Below are positions 61,189 through 64,000 of a stretch of 64,000 nt of DNA, one piece after another; position 1 is the stretch's first letter, and each line of letters opens with the position of its first letter. The notes below the pieces were generated by a model. It did no database searches. It saw only the letters and a list, made by a program, of their open reading frames with translations, and was not told the origin of the DNA. Origin of the DNA: an uncultured Trueperaceae bacterium (GTDB lineage: Bacteria > Deinococcota > Deinococci > Deinococcales > Trueperaceae); NCBI GenBank assembly GCA_963727505.1, contig CAVSGP010000004.1:64001-128000 (forward strand), read 5' to 3'. Position numbers and translations under genes: made by a program.

Positions 61189-62277
61189 TCAGCCGGCCGC
61201 GGCCATGTCGCCGCCGTCGAGCCGGCGGGCCCGATCGATGAGGCGCTGCACCGCCACGCCGTCCTCGACGGTGGCCGCCTCGTCCAGGGCAACGTTCTCG
61301 CCCTCGGCCAGCGCGCGGCGCAACGCGTCGGCGAAGAGGACGCTACCTGCAGCGAAGCCCGAGGCCCGGAAGCGGTTGGGAACGAAACTCGGCAGCTGGG
61401 TCAGGTACTCCTTGAAGGGACCGCCGCGCTTGCCGAGATACAGCTTCAGCGAGCGATCGATGACGAGACTGCCCTCGGTACCGCGCACGGTGAACAGGTC
61501 GATGGCGTCGTCGAGCGCCGCACCGTGGAGCAGCACCGTGCCCACGACCTCACCGGCGCGGAAGGTGAGCGAGGCGATGTCGTCGGACGTCACGGCCCGG
61601 CGCACGCCGTCGCCGTCGGTCCGCGTCGGATAGACGCGGCCCAGGGTGGCCCCGTGCAGATCGATCTCGCTTCCGAGCAGCCAGCGCACACCGTCGAGCA
61701 CGTGGCTACCCAAAGCGCCGAGGATGCCGCCCCCCTGCGACGCATCCGACCACCAGGTCCAGGGGCGCGTCGGATCCACCCGCATGCGGCTGGCGACGCG
61801 CGCGGTCACGGTCAACACGCGCCCGATGGCTCCGGACGCGATGAGCTCCTTGGCCTTGCGCCTTGCAGGGGAGAAGCGCAGCTCGTGGTCCACCAGCGCC
61901 CGGACCCCGCCGGCGGCGCGTGCTGCCGCCGCGATGACCTCCCCCTCCTCAGCGTCGAGCGCCAGCGGCTTCTCGCACAGCAGGTGCCGACCGGCCTCCA
62001 GCACCGCCACGGCCTGCTCGCGATGCATCGCCGGCGGCGACGCCACGGCCACAAGGTCCAGGTCGAGGTGGAGCAGGTCCCGCCAGTCACCCGTCGCGAC
62101 TTCGACGCCGTGGCGCGACGCCACGGCGCGCGCACGTTCCAGGGCCCGGCTCGCGACGGCGACCACGTCGACGCCACCGGCCTGGAAGGCGGGGATCAAC
62201 ACGCGATCGGACCAACCCGTCCCGATCACACCCACACGCACCGAGCGAACGGACGACGAAGGCTCCCTCACGGTCAT
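61189..62277 (-). CDS. Gfo/Idh/MocA family oxidoreductase
   Basis: VGVIGTG, CEKP and GGG.L..LGSH.LD motifs. Confidence 0.92.
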   Translation of the reverse strand: MTVREPSSSVRSVRVGVIGTGWSDRVLIPAFQAGGVDVVAVASRALERARAVASRHGVEVATGDWRDLLHLDLDLVAVASPPAMHREQAVAVLEAGRHLLCEKPLALDAEEGEVIAAAARAAGGVRALVDHELRFSPARRKAKELIASGAIGRVLTVTARVASRMRVDPTRPWTWWSDASQGGGILGALGSHVLDGVRWLLGSEIDLHGATLGRVYPTRTDGDGVRRAVTSDDIASLTFRAGEVVGTVLLHGAALDDAIDLFTVRGTEGSLVIDRSLKLYLGKRGGPFKEYLTQLPSFVPNRFRASGFAAGSVLFADALRRALAEGENVALDEAATVEDGVAVQRLIDRARRLDGGDMAAAG

Positions 62278-62371
62278 GTTGCGCTCTTGCACAGCAGCAT
62301 AGGCTCCAAGTCTACCCGCTCGTCGGCACCGGGCCCACCGGCAAGCCAACGCCGGGCACGTGTCCCATGCT

Positions 62372-62426
62372 GTAAGAACGCCGTAAGAGCTTCGTAAGGG
62401 CGCCGTGAGAAGCCTGAGGGTAGTGT
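62372..62426 (+). promoter_or_regulatory. four direct repeats with 11-bp period plus -10 upstream of pilT
   Basis: GTAAGA 62372, GTAAGA 62383, GTAAGG 62394, GTGAGA 62405; TAGTGT 62421. Confidence 0.65.
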
Positions 62427-62432
62427 CGATCC

Positions 62433-63524
62433 ATGCACTTCAACGAACTGCTTCAACGACTGGTCGAGCGCGGTGCATCGGACATCCACCTGCATGTGGG
62501 GATGCCGGCGCTGGCCCGCCTCCACGGCAAGCTCGAACCGGTCAGCGAAGCGAAGATCGCACCGCGCTTCACCGAGGCTCTCATCGACCTGATGTGCGAC
62601 GACACCCAGAAGGCCGCTTTCAAGAGCCGGCACCAGGTGGACCTCGCCTACAGCGTGGCCGGGCTCGCGCGCTTCCGCGTCAACCTCTTCCGTCAGCGCG
62701 GCTCGGTGAGCGCGGTGCTGCGCATCATCACCTCGGACGAGGCCACCCTCAAGGTCGTGAATCTGACGGACGAAACGATCGAGTACTTCCGCGACCAGGA
62801 GAAGGGGCTGGTGCTCGTCACCGGCGCCACGGGCAGCGGTAAGTCCACCACGCTGGCGCGGATCGTCGACGAGATCAATCGCCGGCACGCCAAGATGATC
62901 GTGACCGTCGAGGACCCGATCGAGTACCTCCACAAGTCGAAGCGCTCGGCCATCGTGCAGCGGGAGCTGGGGGTCGACGCGCGCTCGTTCTCCGAGGCGC
63001 TGATCGCCGCCATGCGCCAGGACCCGGACGTGATCATGATCGGCGAGATCCGGGACCACGCCACCGCAGCAGCGGCATTGACCGCGGCGCAGACCGGACA
63101 CCTGGTGTTCAGCACGCTCCATACACAGGACTCGGTGCGGACGATCAACCGCATGATCGATCTCTTCCCACCGCACGAACGGCCGACCACGCGCATCCTG
63201 TTCGCCGAGGCGCTGGTGGGGATCGTGTCGCAGCGCCTGCTGCCGCGCGCCGATGGCGCCGGACGTGTAGCGGCGATGGAGATCCTGAAGGGCACGCTGC
63301 GCATCAAGGACCTGGTGCGCGACGAGGAGCGCACGGGTGAGCTCTACGACGCGCTTAGGGACGCTCGCCTCGACGGCATGCAGCTCTTCGACGACCACCT
63401 GGCGGAACTCTACGCCAGCGGCGCCATCACCTTCGAGACCGGCATGGCCGCGGCGACCAGCGCCCAGGCGTTCAAGATGGCGGCCACGCAGGTCGACGTG
63501 CAGCGTCCCGCCGTCGGGGTCTGA
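62433..63524 (+). CDS. pilT: PilT/PilU family type IV pilus retraction ATPase
   Basis: ASDIHL, RFRVN, GATGSGKSTT, EDPIEY, RQDPDVIMIGEIRD and TGHLVFSTLH motifs. Confidence 0.9.
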   Translation: MHFNELLQRLVERGASDIHLHVGMPALARLHGKLEPVSEAKIAPRFTEALIDLMCDDTQKAAFKSRHQVDLAYSVAGLARFRVNLFRQRGSVSAVLRIITSDEATLKVVNLTDETIEYFRDQEKGLVLVTGATGSGKSTTLARIVDEINRRHAKMIVTVEDPIEYLHKSKRSAIVQRELGVDARSFSEALIAAMRQDPDVIMIGEIRDHATAAAALTAAQTGHLVFSTLHTQDSVRTINRMIDLFPPHERPTTRILFAEALVGIVSQRLLPRADGAGRVAAMEILKGTLRIKDLVRDEERTGELYDALRDARLDGMQLFDDHLAELYASGAITFETGMAAATSAQAFKMAATQVDVQRPAVGV

Positions 63525-63551
63525 GGGCCGCCCGCGCCCATTGGCGAGAGC

Positions 63552-64000
63552 TCAGAACGGTACGTCTGGCGCGGCCGAGGGAGCGGGACGGAAGCCGCCG
63601 TTCTGCGACCGGCTCTCAAGCAGGGCCCGTCTGTCGAGCGTCACCGAAGTCCGTAGCCAGGGGCAGGAGGCCTGCAGCTCCGCCAGGCGGTCCACGTCCA
63701 CGCGTACGCCCGAGGTGGCGTAGCTGGCGGCTCCCTGCGGGCCCAGCACGTCGAGTTGGACCGGCGTACGACCGCTGCACTCGTCCAGGAGCGAACGCAA
63801 CTCGAGCAGGTGATGCCGGCCGACCTCCGCCAGGTCGAAGTGGAGCACGGCCACCTCGGGCGCGTTGTCGCGCGCGTCCCAGCGGATCAGGCGATCGGCG
63901 ACCAGGCGCACACCGTCACCGTCCTCCGAGAGCTCGGCCACCACGACGGCCGGTGCGTCCTCGGCCAAGAGGTGGGCCATCGCCTCGTAGCTGCGGCTGA
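63552..64000 (-). CDS. dnaE: DNA polymerase III alpha subunit, C-terminal part (truncated by window edge)
   Basis: Open frame to the edge; end of OB-fold (SRSYE...EDAPAVVVAELSEDGDGVRLVAD) and tau-binding-like tail resembling Thermus DnaE, ending VPF. Confidence 0.75.
   Translation of the reverse strand, partial: SRSYEAMAHLLAEDAPAVVVAELSEDGDGVRLVADRLIRWDARDNAPEVAVLHFDLAEVGRHHLLELRSLLDECSGRTPVQLDVLGPQGAASYATSGVRVDVDRLAELQASCPWLRTSVTLDRRALLESRSQNGGFRPAPSAAPDVPF

Overview
GC-rich core-chromosome segment, most likely from a Deinococcota bacterium (possibly Trueperaceae-like). The inference rests on Thermus-type MglA/MglB, the DnaE C-terminus, an RqkA-like kinase with an RHH partner, and many apparently leaderless genes. 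The window holds about 55 housekeeping CDSs: leuA (partial), cimA, gltB, murA, hisC/B/H-SPOR-rapZ-glmR, nfeD-floA-phoH-pgpH-ybeY-dgkA-cdd, MarR/MFS, iscA, gcvT-H-PA-PB, mglBA, an acyl-CoA synthetase, glpKD, an ABC sugar-binding protein, dprA, cysS, thrS, two cyclophilins, pilT and the 3' end of dnaE. It also holds three tRNAs (Trp, Met, Leu). I saw no mobile element, prophage or CRISPR array. The most interesting signals are small and regulatory: (1) unannotated leaderless short ORFs containing the cognate amino acid upstream of cysS (Cys) and thrS (Thr), and a uORF/hairpin leader upstream of gltB; (2) a shared GTAAGA direct-repeat box with 11-bp period placed 10 nt upstream of the -10 of both pilT and an orphan zinc-ribbon gene; (3) two apparent pseudo-enzymes, a SpeD homologue without the pyruvoyl-forming serine and an AroE homologue without catalytic residues; (4) overlapping divergent promoters and operators linking the RHH/kinase operon to murA. 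All calls come from reading the sequence by eye; no searches were run.
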